The notes under the pieces were generated by a model that did no database searches, was not told the origin of the DNA, and saw only the letters and a list, made by a program, of their open reading frames with translations. From Candidatus Nomurabacteria bacterium (lineage in GTDB: Bacteria > Patescibacteriota > Patescibacteriia > UBA1558 > GWA2-36-10), in NCBI GenBank assembly GCA_020632415.1, contig JACKFO010000002.1, forward strand, positions 386,732 to 450,731: a DNA stretch of 64,000 nucleotides, in the 5' to 3' direction. Below, piece by piece: positions 8,062 through 17,851 of this stretch; the stretch's first letter is position 1, and the number at the start of each line of letters is the position of its first letter. The translations under genes and the position numbers were made by a program.

Positions 8062-10173
8062 ATGACAGAACTAAAAAAACAACGACTATTTATCCACGAT
8101 CACTTAAATTCTCGAGAATTATCCGAAATTTATTTGAGCGAAATTAGAACTGCTGGTCAGTTGTTTATTTTAACTGAGCTCCCAAAAGAAAAAAATGAAT
8201 ACCAAGCAATCATTGACCAAATCACTTCTGAAATAGGAAATTACTTTGAATCTAACTGTGAAAAAGATTCTGAAACTTTACTAGAAGAAATATTACAAGA
8301 ACTAAATAATTTATTACCAGAACTTGCCCCTCAAAAAAATAAGAATTGGTTTCAAAAAATTGACCTGGTTGTTGGTATTATTGCTGATAGCTCTATTTAT
8401 CTCGCTGGCATCGGTCAAATCGAAGCTTTGTTGATTAGTCATAATCAATTCACCAAAATTTTAGAAAACAGTGCGGAAATTAATCCTGCCAAAATATTTA
8501 CTGACATTATCGCCGGCCAACTAGACTCTGGCGATATTTTGATTATCTCTACTAATGCTTTATTTGATTATATTTCTCGAGAAAAAATTCGCTTAATTAC
8601 CCAAAAATATACCCCTCAGACTGCTGTTGATCAAATTCAAAAATTACTTGAAACTGTTCCTGATTTTGTTACTTTTAATTCTTTATTTATCAAAAATCCA
8701 GGCAACCACGACATTGAACTTGTTCAAACAAAAACCGAAGATGATTCAAATGATTATTCTATTTTAGAAAAAACTCCCCAAGAAAGACCACGAATTCAAC
8801 AGCAAAGAACTGAAAATATCAAAAAAAAGCAGAAAGAAAAAGTAAAAACTAAATTGGTTTTTGATAAAAATGGCTTACAAAATATTAAATCAATTCAAAA
8901 ATTAATTTTGGCTTTAAACTTAGCAAAAATTTATTTCTCAATTATTCACCAAATTTTTGCTAAAATATTTTCTTACTTAAAATCAGGATATTTGTTTATT
9001 TTTTCTAGTCGTTATCGTCGTCAAAGCGAAGATAGTTTATTAGAAAAAACTAAAGAGACTGTCCATAAAAAAGTAAATTGGTTCAGCTATTTGACTTGGA
9101 AGAAAAAAATACTAATCATTGCCCTATTGGTTGTTATTCTAATCTTTTTACAGGGCTTGGTATTTTTAACTCAAAAAAAAGCCGCCAATAAACAAGAGCT
9201 AAGCTATCAACAAAATATTCAAAGCATTAATAACACCCTAAATGAAGTAGAGGCTAGTCTAATTTATAATGATGAAAAAAGAGCTGAAGAATTATTGCTC
9301 AACATTCAAAAAATGCTAGATACTTTAAATGCCCAATCTCAAGAACAAGAAACAGAAATCGCTGAAGTTAAAGAACAAACTGCTCGTTTGATCAACAAAA
9401 TTCGTCATATCAACTACGTCTCAGATCCTTTAGAGCTATTTGATTTAAACGCTTTAAATAATTCTCAACAAATTGTCCAAAAAGAAGGAAGTTTTTATCT
9501 TCTAGATCAAGATGCTCTTTATTTACTCAAAGATAACGCTGTAGAAAAAATCAGCGATTTCCCAAATGGACAAACGCTTGCTGATTGGCCGAAACAAAAC
9601 AAGCTAATCTTAAGTGATGACCAAAAATATTATATTTTTAATTTAGACAATCAGAAAATCGAATCTTTTGAGTTTACAAAAAATAGCGGAAACACCAAAG
9701 TTCAAGATATGGCTATTTATAGCAACAATCTTTATGTCTTAGATGACGCTAATAGTCAAATTTTTAAATATCCAGAAAGAGGCTCATCTTTCAGCAACGG
9801 CTCCAGTTGGCTTAAAGAAGAAATAGATTTAAAACAAGCCTATAGCCTAGCTATTGACGGTGACTTGTATTTGACATTGGACAATGGCGAAATCAAAAAA
9901 TTACGCAAAGGAAAATTAGAAACTTTTAGCTATCAACAGCCACATCCGGTAATTGGGCAAAAAGCAATTATCAAAACCTTTGCTGAATCAGAATTGCTTT
10001 ATTTGATTGACCCCGATAACCAAAGAGTAATTATTTTTGACAAAGAAGGAAAAATAAAAGATCAATATACTTCGCCAAAATTTGATAGCTTAGTTGATCT
10101 GGCAATCGACAGCGAAGAAAAAGCAATCTATTTACTAAGTGGCAATCACCTATATTTATTAGCTATTAATTAA
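8062..10173 (+). CDS. Large membrane-anchored hypothetical protein (N-terminal PP2C/SpoIIE-like degenerate domain, TM helix, coiled-coil, C-terminal repeat/beta-rich domain)
   Basis: 703 aa; internal TM helix ILIIALLVVILIFLQGLVFL; N-terminal segment with DLVVGIIADSS...LDSGDILIISTNALFD reminiscent of PPM phosphatase motifs; K/Q/E-rich coiled-coil in the middle. Confidence 0.4.
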   Translation: MTELKKQRLFIHDHLNSRELSEIYLSEIRTAGQLFILTELPKEKNEYQAIIDQITSEIGNYFESNCEKDSETLLEEILQELNNLLPELAPQKNKNWFQKIDLVVGIIADSSIYLAGIGQIEALLISHNQFTKILENSAEINPAKIFTDIIAGQLDSGDILIISTNALFDYISREKIRLITQKYTPQTAVDQIQKLLETVPDFVTFNSLFIKNPGNHDIELVQTKTEDDSNDYSILEKTPQERPRIQQQRTENIKKKQKEKVKTKLVFDKNGLQNIKSIQKLILALNLAKIYFSIIHQIFAKIFSYLKSGYLFIFSSRYRRQSEDSLLEKTKETVHKKVNWFSYLTWKKKILIIALLVVILIFLQGLVFLTQKKAANKQELSYQQNIQSINNTLNEVEASLIYNDEKRAEELLLNIQKMLDTLNAQSQEQETEIAEVKEQTARLINKIRHINYVSDPLELFDLNALNNSQQIVQKEGSFYLLDQDALYLLKDNAVEKISDFPNGQTLADWPKQNKLILSDDQKYYIFNLDNQKIESFEFTKNSGNTKVQDMAIYSNNLYVLDDANSQIFKYPERGSSFSNGSSWLKEEIDLKQAYSLAIDGDLYLTLDNGEIKKLRKGKLETFSYQQPHPVIGQKAIIKTFAESELLYLIDPDNQRVIIFDKEGKIKDQYTSPKFDSLVDLAIDSEEKAIYLLSGNHLYLLAIN

Positions 10174-10184
10174 TAAAAAATCAA

Positions 10185-10222
10185 ACAAAAAATACTCTCA
10201 ATAATTTGAGAGTATTTTTTAC
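10185..10222. terminator. Bidirectional intrinsic terminator between the convergent 8062 gene and rplL
   Basis: AATACTCTCAA-TAAT-TTGAGAGTATT (11-bp stem) flanked by an A-run on one side and a T-run on the other. Confidence 0.75.
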
Positions 10223-10232
10223 TGATAAAAAT

Positions 10233-10634
10233 TTATTTTAAAGTGATTGTGGCACCAGCTTCAGTAAGCTTAGTTTTGATGTTTTCAGCATCTTCTTTAC
10301 TAGCACCTTCTTTAACCATGATTGGAGCACCATCGGCTAAATCTTTAGCTTCTTTTAAGCCTAATTGAGTAACTTCTCTGATAGCTTTAATAACACCAAT
10401 TTTGTTATCACCAGTTGAAGTTAATTCAACGTTAAAGCTTGTTTTTTCTTCGGCAGCTTCAGCGCCAGCTGCAGGAGCAGCAGCCATAGCTACTGGAGCA
10501 GCAGCAGAAACTCCGAACTTATCTTCTAAAATACCGACCAACTCTGATAAATCCAAAACTGACATTTTTTCGATTTCTTCGACAATGCTTTTGAATTTAG
10601 CTGGTACTTCTACATTTTTTTTCTCTTCTGACAT
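10233..10634 (-). CDS. rplL: 50S ribosomal protein L7/L12
   Basis: Ala-rich hinge ([21 protein letters not shown]) and conserved C-terminal domain [22 protein letters not shown]. Confidence 0.95.
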   Translation of the reverse strand: MSEEKKNVEVPAKFKSIVEEIEKMSVLDLSELVGILEDKFGVSAAAPVAMAAAPAAGAEAAEEKTSFNVELTSTGDNKIGVIKAIREVTQLGLKEAKDLADGAPIMVKEGASKEDAENIKTKLTEAGATITLK

Positions 10635-10673
10635 AATTTTATTGATTATTAATTTATTTATATAATTATTTAA

Positions 10674-11192
10674 TTATTTCTTTTCTTTGACAGCATTTAA
10701 AACGCCAACCAAATTACGTAAATTACCTTGTAAAACACCAACGATTCCAGAAATTGGAGCTTGCATTGTACCAACCAATTTGGCCAATAATTGCTCTTTG
10801 GAAGGAAGATTAGCAAGTTTTTTAACCATTTCTGGCATAATAATTTTACTTTCTAATACTCCGCTACCCATTTCTAAGTTTTCGTTTGCTTTGACGTATT
10901 TATTTAAAACGCTTACTGCAGAAATTTCATCTTCAAAAGAAAAAGTTGCTGCAATGTTACCTTCTAAATTATCAATACTTTCTACGCCCTCTAAATCCGC
11001 TAAGGCTTTTTTTAACAAGGTTTTTTTGATAACCAAGTATTCTCCGCCGGTACTTTTTAATTCATTTCTCAAAGCTTCAATTGTTTTTACTGGCAAACCT
11101 TTGTCAGCTGAAAAAATAACCGATTTACTTTGATCAATTTTATCCTTGATACCTTGCAAGGCTTCCTGTTTTTGTTCTTTAGTTTTTGGCAT
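10674..11192 (-). CDS. rplJ: 50S ribosomal protein L10
   Basis: 172 aa, immediately upstream of rplL; typical L10 N-terminus. Confidence 0.9.
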   Translation of the reverse strand: MPKTKEQKQEALQGIKDKIDQSKSVIFSADKGLPVKTIEALRNELKSTGGEYLVIKKTLLKKALADLEGVESIDNLEGNIAATFSFEDEISAVSVLNKYVKANENLEMGSGVLESKIIMPEMVKKLANLPSKEQLLAKLVGTMQAPISGIVGVLQGNLRNLVGVLNAVKEKK

Positions 11193-11362
11193 ATTATTAT
11201 ATTAAAAAATCTGCGTTATTTACCGCAGACAATGAAAATTCAAAAGATTTCTCACCTCGGCAGGATTTATATTTTAGCTAATTTTAGCTAAAAAACCTAC
11301 TATCTTTGGTAAATTAAACTATATTGTGTAAACATTATATACAAAAAATATCTTTTTGTCAA
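11193..11362 (-). promoter_or_regulatory. rplJL promoter (TTGACA-17-TATAAT) and L10-type leader with terminator-like attenuator hairpin
   Basis: Minus strand: TTGACA (revcomp 11357-11362), 17 nt, TATAAT (revcomp 11334-11339). About 130-nt leader ending in hairpin TCTGCG/CGCAGA (11210-11229) plus U6, about 10 nt before the rplJ ATG. Confidence 0.55.
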
Positions 11363-11373
11363 GAAAACAAAGC

Positions 11374-12369
11374 TTAATCTAAATATTTAGCTTTGTTTCT
11401 TAAATGTTCTTCGTAAGTTTTGCTATAAATAACTTCGCCTTCTTTGGTGGTCAAAAAGTAATAGTAGTCATTTTCAATTGGATAAATCACCGCTTCAATA
11501 CTACTAATACTGGGATTAGAAATCGGACCCGGTGGCAAACCACGATATTTATAAGTGTTATAAGGAGAATCAACTTGCAAGTCAACCAAAGTCGGCTGAG
11601 CCAAGCCTTTGCCGGTTACGAAATTGACCGTTGCGTCTGACTGCAAGCCAATGCCTGCTTCCAATCTTTTCAAAAAAACATCCGCAATCTTTTTCTTATC
11701 CTCTCCTTGAGGAACCTCTCTTTCAATGATTGAAGCTAAAGTGACAACTTCAAAAATTGTTTTATTTTGACGAGCTATTTCTGTTGTTAAGTCTTTAGTC
11801 AATTTGCGATCAAAATTATTCAAAACTTTCTTTATCAAATCCTCTACTGTAGTATTGGTATCAACAAAGTAAGTATCCGGGTACAAATAGCCCTCTAGAC
11901 TGGCACTTGCTGGGGCGTCTTTTAAAAAAGTAAATTCTTCCTGCCAATCACTTTTATTTTTCGTTAAATCCAAAAATCCTTGGTAAGAAAAATTATTTTT
12001 CTCCAAAACATTTTTAAGTTGTGTTAAATTTCTACTCCAGCCCTCAATAATCGTCAAACTATTTTGTTGATTAGTTGGGACTAATAAAATTAAATTACTT
12101 ATCTCTCTAATTGAAATATCTGCTGGAACAGTGTAGATACCAGCTTTGACTTCACTTTCGGATTTTTTTAACCAAAGCCAAGTTTCAAAAACAAATTTAT
12201 TTTTGATCAAATTATTATCAGCCAAATTAACGCTGATTTCATTTACTCCTTGTCCTTGTTTGATAATAAAAGCTTTATCGGTATCCAAGCCATTACCAGA
12301 ATTTAAAACCAAAAAAAACCAAGCAATGACAATTATCGAAAATAAGAATAATAATTTTATTAATTTCAT
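11374..12369 (-). CDS. mltG: Endolytic murein transglycosylase MltG (YceG family)
   Basis: N-terminal TM helix, YceG-like domain, characteristic C-terminal ...YYYFLTTKEGEVIYSKTYEEH. Confidence 0.75.
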   Translation of the reverse strand: MKLIKLLFLFSIIVIAWFFLVLNSGNGLDTDKAFIIKQGQGVNEISVNLADNNLIKNKFVFETWLWLKKSESEVKAGIYTVPADISIREISNLILLVPTNQQNSLTIIEGWSRNLTQLKNVLEKNNFSYQGFLDLTKNKSDWQEEFTFLKDAPASASLEGYLYPDTYFVDTNTTVEDLIKKVLNNFDRKLTKDLTTEIARQNKTIFEVVTLASIIEREVPQGEDKKKIADVFLKRLEAGIGLQSDATVNFVTGKGLAQPTLVDLQVDSPYNTYKYRGLPPGPISNPSISSIEAVIYPIENDYYYFLTTKEGEVIYSKTYEEHLRNKAKYLD

Positions 12370-13460
12370 AAATATTCTTCTAAGCCTTTTTCTTTAAAAA
12401 TTTCCAGTAGCTTTTTAACTTCTTGCGCCCGATCAGCGTGACATAAAAAAATAACTTTATCTGTTTCTACTAAAATCAAGTTTTCTACTCCCAAAGTTGC
12501 TACCACCTTTCCACTAGAAGAATACAATAAGTTATTGCGACTTTCAAGGCCAACATGAGAAACATTGCTAACGTTAGCTTGATTTTCTTTGTGTGAACTA
12601 ATATCTCTGACCGCTCGCCAATGCCCAACGTCAGCCCAGGTCAACTCAACTGGCAAAACAAACATTTGCTCTAAATGCTCCAACAGATCATAATCAATCG
12701 AACGTGCTTCTGCTGTCTGATAAAATTCTATTAAAATTTCTTGGTATTTTTCTAAATCTTGTTGATTTAAAGCTTCTAATAATTTTTCCAAATAAACAAA
12801 AACATTTGGTAAAAATTTTTGATACCAATTTAATAACTGTCTTGCTGAAAAAATAAACATTGCTGGATTCCATAAATATTCTTGGTTAGCTAAATATTTT
12901 TCAGCAGTTGCTAGGTCTGGTTTTTCTTTAAATTGTTGAACTTGAAATAAATCATGCTCAGCAATTTTAGTCAGAGCCGGACCTTGAAAGTGAATATAGC
13001 CATAGCCTGTTTCCGGATACAGAGGCTTAACGCCAAATAACAAAAATTTGTCTACATTTTTGGAAATCCACTCTGCAGATTGCTCTACTAATTCTAAATA
13101 TTTATCCTCTTCAGCGATAAAGGCATCGCTCGAAGAAATTAAGGCCACGCCTTGTGGATCACGATGCAAAATATGAACCGCGGCCAAACCAATTGCAATT
13201 GAAGTATTTTTGCCAAATGGCTCAAGAATTAAATTTTCAGAAGAAAAATCTACTTGATTAGCAACAAAATCTTTTAAATTTTCTGTTGTCACAACAAAAA
13301 TATTTTCTTTGGAAAATTTTTTATTTAAACGCTGATAAGTTGCTTGTAGTAATGTTTTTTGGTTAGCGCCAAAAGCCTGCACTTGTTTTGGTGCACTTTT
13401 AGTAGAAACAGGCCATAATCTAGTGCCATTGCCGCCGGCTAAAATAACAGGATAAATCAT
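12366..13460 (-). CDS. Mannose-1-phosphate guanylyltransferase (sugar-nucleotidyltransferase)
   Basis: N-terminal ILAGGNGTRLWPVS nucleotidyltransferase motif; 364 aa. Confidence 0.7.
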   Translation of the reverse strand: MIYPVILAGGNGTRLWPVSTKSAPKQVQAFGANQKTLLQATYQRLNKKFSKENIFVVTTENLKDFVANQVDFSSENLILEPFGKNTSIAIGLAAVHILHRDPQGVALISSSDAFIAEEDKYLELVEQSAEWISKNVDKFLLFGVKPLYPETGYGYIHFQGPALTKIAEHDLFQVQQFKEKPDLATAEKYLANQEYLWNPAMFIFSARQLLNWYQKFLPNVFVYLEKLLEALNQQDLEKYQEILIEFYQTAEARSIDYDLLEHLEQMFVLPVELTWADVGHWRAVRDISSHKENQANVSNVSHVGLESRNNLLYSSSGKVVATLGVENLILVETDKVIFLCHADRAQEVKKLLEIFKEKGLEEYL

Positions 13461-14215
13461 TTAGAAAAAATAAAAACAAATAAAGCCAAAAGTCCAGTAT
13501 AAATAAAAAACCAATGAAAATAATTATGATTAATAATCTTTTTTAATAAAATCAAACTAAAATAACCAGCAATGATTGTCAAGATAAAACCATACAAATA
13601 AACCCATTGCCAAACAAAATTATCTAGCGCCAAGAAAAACGAACCAGCAATAGCAGGGATTGCCAACAAAAAAGCATAATCAAAAGCATCTTTTTTCTTA
13701 ATCCCTAAAACCAAGGCCAAAGCAATCAATGCTCCGCTTCTGGAAACGCCAGGTAAGACCGCAAGACCTTGAATCAAGCCCAAAACAATGGCAATCGCCC
13801 AGCTCATTTTTGCTCTTTCCTTAGAAAAAGCGGTTGCCAATAACAACAAACTGGTTACCACTAACCAACCGGCGACTGAAATCGGATTGCGAAACAAATC
13901 TATTTGCTGATAAAAAATCCAACCCAAAAAACCAGTGATCACCGTGCTTAAAATTAAATACCAGGGCCAATTTTTTCTTTGGTTTAGAGAAAATTTCTTT
14001 GGCCTAAATAATAACTTTAAAATTTCCAGCCACTCTTTACGGAAAAAAACTAAAACCACAATCAGACTGGCCAAATGTAAAAAAATATCAAATTCCACAT
14101 TGACTACTAGACCTAACCAATGTTCGAATAAAACTAAATGCCCCGAAGAAGAAATCGGTAGCCATTCAGCAATTCCCTGTACCAAACCTAAAATAATGCT
14201 TTGAAAAATGGTCAT
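13457..14215 (-). CDS. uppP: Undecaprenyl-diphosphate phosphatase UppP (BacA)
   Basis: GxxQGxxEWLPISSSGHL signature, multiple TM helices, 252 aa. Confidence 0.85.
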   Translation of the reverse strand: MTIFQSIILGLVQGIAEWLPISSSGHLVLFEHWLGLVVNVEFDIFLHLASLIVVLVFFRKEWLEILKLLFRPKKFSLNQRKNWPWYLILSTVITGFLGWIFYQQIDLFRNPISVAGWLVVTSLLLLATAFSKERAKMSWAIAIVLGLIQGLAVLPGVSRSGALIALALVLGIKKKDAFDYAFLLAIPAIAGSFFLALDNFVWQWVYLYGFILTIIAGYFSLILLKKIINHNYFHWFFIYTGLLALFVFIFSK

Positions 14216-14234
14216 TTTTAATTTTCTTAATTTT

Positions 14235-14243
14235 TGTTATAAT
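14235..14243 (+). promoter_or_regulatory. Extended -10 promoter TGTTATAAT for the 14270 gene
   Basis: TGTTATAAT at 14235-14243, 26 nt upstream of the ATG. Confidence 0.4.
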
Positions 14244-14269
14244 AGTGATAGATTATTAACCAACAAACT

Positions 14270-14704
14270 ATGTCTTATCAATTATGGCTCATTCCCCTGA
14301 TTTCAATGTTCGTCGCGCAAGCCTTGAAAGTCGTTTTTTTCAAATCAACAACTTGGGACTGGAATCGTCTCAAAAGGATTAATCAATACGGCGGAATGCC
14401 CTCTTCTCATTCAGCCATGGTCACCTCACTAGTCACTGTTCTGGCCTATCACCAAGGATTTGATTCGGCTGCCTTTGCCATTGCTCTAGTCTTTGCTCTA
14501 ATCACCGTCCGAGATGCTTCTGGTTTTAGATTAGCCATTGGTAAACAAGGTGAGATTATCAATAAGTTAATCAAAGAACTCCCAGATGATCAAGAGTATA
14601 AATTCCCAGTTTTAGGTGAAAAATTTGGTCATAAAACCACAGAAGTGATTGTCGGTATTATTTTTGGTTTTTTCTTTACACTTTTCTTAATCAATTTTTT
14701 ATAA
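14270..14704 (+). CDS. Divergent PAP2-family membrane protein (DUF212/YuiD-like)
   Basis: GGMPSSHSA motif typical of the DUF212 acid-phosphatase-related family; 144 aa; TM helices. Confidence 0.6.
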   Translation: MSYQLWLIPLISMFVAQALKVVFFKSTTWDWNRLKRINQYGGMPSSHSAMVTSLVTVLAYHQGFDSAAFAIALVFALITVRDASGFRLAIGKQGEIINKLIKELPDDQEYKFPVLGEKFGHKTTEVIVGIIFGFFFTLFLINFL

Positions 14705-14706
14705 AT

Positions 14707-16281
14707 TTAAATTAAAGGACTGCCGGTCATGGTCGGCGGTTTTTTTAATCCCATAATTTTCAAAACTGTTGGCGCAACATCAGCTAAAACTCCCATTGAA
14801 GTAATTTGACTCAAGTCTGTGTTAGCCATTCCTGGTAAAACACTTTTGCCGGCAAACTCTTGCCCAATCACAAAAAATGGCACAGGATTATTGGAATGTT
14901 CCTTAGTAATAATGCCATTTTGTAAATTGTACAGCTCTTCACAGTTTCCATGATCAGCGGTAATCAAAACTACACCATTGTAAGACAAAACAGTATCTAC
15001 TATCTCGCCAATTAATTTATCTAAAATTTCAATCGCTTCAATTGTTGCTGCTAAATTTCCAGTATGCGCTACCATGTCTGGATTAGCAAAGTTAGCTACA
15101 ATAAAATCATAAGTATTTTCCTTAACACTTTGAATCATTTTATTGCTTAGCTCTCTGGCTGACATTGCCGGCTTTTGATCATAAGAAGAAACATGCGGCG
15201 AAGGAATCAAAGCTCGGTCTTCACCTAAATAAACTTTTTCGTTACCACCGTTAAAAAAATAAGTAACATGGGCATATTTTTCAGTTTCTGCAATATGCAA
15301 CTGTTTCAGACCAGCTTCTGAAATTACTCGCGCCAAAGGCATGTCAATTACTACTTTTGGAAAAGCAACGCTAACCGGTAAATCGGTCTCATACTCTGTC
15401 ATGGTTACCATTCTCAAATTTTTTAAATAAGGTCTTTCAAATTTTTCAAAACCAGGCAAAACCAAAGCCTTGGTCAATTGCCTAGCGCGATCTGCTCGAA
15501 AATTAAAAAAAATCACTCCGTCACCATCTTTGATTTGCCCTTTAGCTTGTCCTAAATCATCAACAATCACGGTTGGCAAAAACTCTTCATCATAAACCCC
15601 CTGTTGATAAGAAATATTAATCGCCTCTATTGGATCTTCGTATTTTTTTTCTGACAAACCATCAACAATTGCTCGATAAGCCTTTTCTGTTCTATCCCAG
15701 TTATTATCTCGATCCATAGCATAAAATCTACCCGACAAAGTAGCAATTGCTCCTAGACCAATAATTTTTAATTTTTCTTGTAGTTTTGTAATATAACTTA
15801 AAGCCCCGTTAAAAGGCGTGTCACGTCCATCTAAAAAAGCATGCACATAAAGTCTTTCAACTTTTTGTTGTTTGGCTAGTTCAACTAAGGCATAAAGATG
15901 CTCATTGAAACTATGTACTCCACCAGAGGAAACAAGTCCCATGATATGTAAGCTTGATTTTTTTGTTTTAACCTGCTGACAAACCTCTATAAATGCTGGG
16001 TTCTGATAAAAATCACCTTCGGCAATTGATTTTGTGATACGGGGTAAATTTTGATAATAAATTGTTCCTGAACCCAAAGACAAGTGACCTACTTCTGAAT
16101 TGCCCATCTCGCCCCAAGAAAGCCCTACAGCTTCACCAGAGGCAGCTAGCGGCATCACAGGATAGTTTGCCATGTATTTATCAAAGTTTGGCGTTTTAGC
16201 CAAAGCAATAGCATTAGCACGCGTTGGTGGCGCAATACCAAATCCGTCTAAAATTATTAAAACAACTGGTTTGGGTCGCAT
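14707..16281 (-). CDS. gpmI: 2,3-bisphosphoglycerate-independent phosphoglycerate mutase (iPGM), copy 1
   Basis: VLIILDGFGI...GNSEVGH (catalytic Ser) ...ADHGN; 524 aa. Confidence 0.85.
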   Translation of the reverse strand: MRPKPVVLIILDGFGIAPPTRANAIALAKTPNFDKYMANYPVMPLAASGEAVGLSWGEMGNSEVGHLSLGSGTIYYQNLPRITKSIAEGDFYQNPAFIEVCQQVKTKKSSLHIMGLVSSGGVHSFNEHLYALVELAKQQKVERLYVHAFLDGRDTPFNGALSYITKLQEKLKIIGLGAIATLSGRFYAMDRDNNWDRTEKAYRAIVDGLSEKKYEDPIEAINISYQQGVYDEEFLPTVIVDDLGQAKGQIKDGDGVIFFNFRADRARQLTKALVLPGFEKFERPYLKNLRMVTMTEYETDLPVSVAFPKVVIDMPLARVISEAGLKQLHIAETEKYAHVTYFFNGGNEKVYLGEDRALIPSPHVSSYDQKPAMSARELSNKMIQSVKENTYDFIVANFANPDMVAHTGNLAATIEAIEILDKLIGEIVDTVLSYNGVVLITADHGNCEELYNLQNGIITKEHSNNPVPFFVIGQEFAGKSVLPGMANTDLSQITSMGVLADVAPTVLKIMGLKKPPTMTGSPLI

Positions 16282-16284
16282 AAA

Positions 16285-17847
16285 TTAAGATTTGATTAAA
16301 GATTTTTCTTTCATTAATTTTGGCTTTGTTAAACCTAAAATATCTAGAATAGTTGGAGCAATATTTGCTAAAACCCCAGTTTTTTTTAATTGGTATTTCT
16401 GATTGCTAATGACAATAAAAGGCACTAGATTAACCGAATGTTCCGTATCTACTTCTTTTGTCTTGAGATTGATCATCTCTTCAACATTACCATGATCGGC
16501 GGTGACAATCACCGTTCCTTTTACTTTTTTTACTGCTTCAATAATTTTACCTAATTCTTGATCAACTACTTCCACAGCTTTAATTCCTGCTTTTAAATCG
16601 CCAGTATGACCAACCATATCTGGACTAGCAAAATTAACGCAAATAAAATCAAATTTATTTTGAATCACACTTTTGACCACGTAGGTGGATAACTCTTTGG
16701 AAGACATTTCCGGCACCTTAGCATAAGAATCGACATCTTTAGAGGCTATCTCTACTCTCTCCTCACCAGCAACTACATGATCATAGCCGCCGTTAAAAAA
16801 ATAAGTAACATGAGCATATTTTTCAGTTTCTGCTAAATATAATTGCCTTAAATCACGCAAAGCAATTGGCAGAGTTTCTGGAATATCAATTCCCGGAAAA
16901 GCGGTCAAAATACTGTCTAAATCTGGTCCAAAATCAGTCAAAGCCACAAAAAGTAAATCTTTAAAAACTTTTCCTCTTTTGAAGCTGCCGGGATTTTTCT
17001 TTTCAAAATCTTTTTGGACAAAAACCTTGCTTAATTGTCTGGCACGGTCTGATCTTAAATTAAAGAAAATGATTGCATCCTGATCTTTGATTGTGGCTAC
17101 TGGTTTTTTGTTTTCAAAAACCACAGTTGGTTGGATAAATTCATCACTTTCCCCTCTATTATATGCCTGACTAACGCCTTCAGCGGCAGACTCCACCTTT
17201 ATTCCCTCACCTTTAACTAGAGCATTAAAAGCCAGCTCTGTTCTGTCCCATGATTTTTTACGATCCATTGGATAAAAACGCCCCATGATCGTTGCTATTT
17301 TTATTCTCTGACGTTCAAAAATATTTTTATATTTTTCTAAAATTTTTAAAGCAGCAAATTGCGGACTATCACGACCATCGGTAAACAAATGCAAATAAAT
17401 ATTAGCCTTGGTTTTATTAACAAAAAGACTTAGCAATGACAACAAATGATCATTGTCAGCATGAGGACTAGAGCCATCAGAAAGCAAACCCATCAAATGA
17501 ATATCTGAATTATATTTGGAAACATGCTTTACAGCTTGCAAAAAAGCTGGATTTTTGAAAAAAGTACCATTGTTAATACTTTTGGAAATCGTAATTGCAT
17601 CTTGTTCAATGATTCTGCCGGCGCCGATATTCATGTGGCCAGCCTCTGAATTTCCAGGCTGCTCAGTAGGCAAACCAACGTATTTCCCAGAAGCATTAAT
17701 CAAAATATTTGGATATTTTTTATAGAGAGAATTCATCACCGGCGTTTTTGCCAAAGCAATAGCATTTCCCTCTGTTTCCTTCCAAACGCCCCAGCCATCC
17801 AAAATCACCAAAACTAATGGCAGGTTTTTATTTTTAGACATATGCAT
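16285..17847 (-). CDS. gpmI: iPGM-family paralog, copy 2 (tandem)
   Basis: VLVILDGWGV...GNSEAGH...TADHGN; 520 aa; diverged from copy 1 but retains the catalytic motifs. Confidence 0.8.
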   Translation of the reverse strand: MHMSKNKNLPLVLVILDGWGVWKETEGNAIALAKTPVMNSLYKKYPNILINASGKYVGLPTEQPGNSEAGHMNIGAGRIIEQDAITISKSINNGTFFKNPAFLQAVKHVSKYNSDIHLMGLLSDGSSPHADNDHLLSLLSLFVNKTKANIYLHLFTDGRDSPQFAALKILEKYKNIFERQRIKIATIMGRFYPMDRKKSWDRTELAFNALVKGEGIKVESAAEGVSQAYNRGESDEFIQPTVVFENKKPVATIKDQDAIIFFNLRSDRARQLSKVFVQKDFEKKNPGSFKRGKVFKDLLFVALTDFGPDLDSILTAFPGIDIPETLPIALRDLRQLYLAETEKYAHVTYFFNGGYDHVVAGEERVEIASKDVDSYAKVPEMSSKELSTYVVKSVIQNKFDFICVNFASPDMVGHTGDLKAGIKAVEVVDQELGKIIEAVKKVKGTVIVTADHGNVEEMINLKTKEVDTEHSVNLVPFIVISNQKYQLKKTGVLANIAPTILDILGLTKPKLMKEKSLIKS

Positions 17848-17851
17848 AAAA

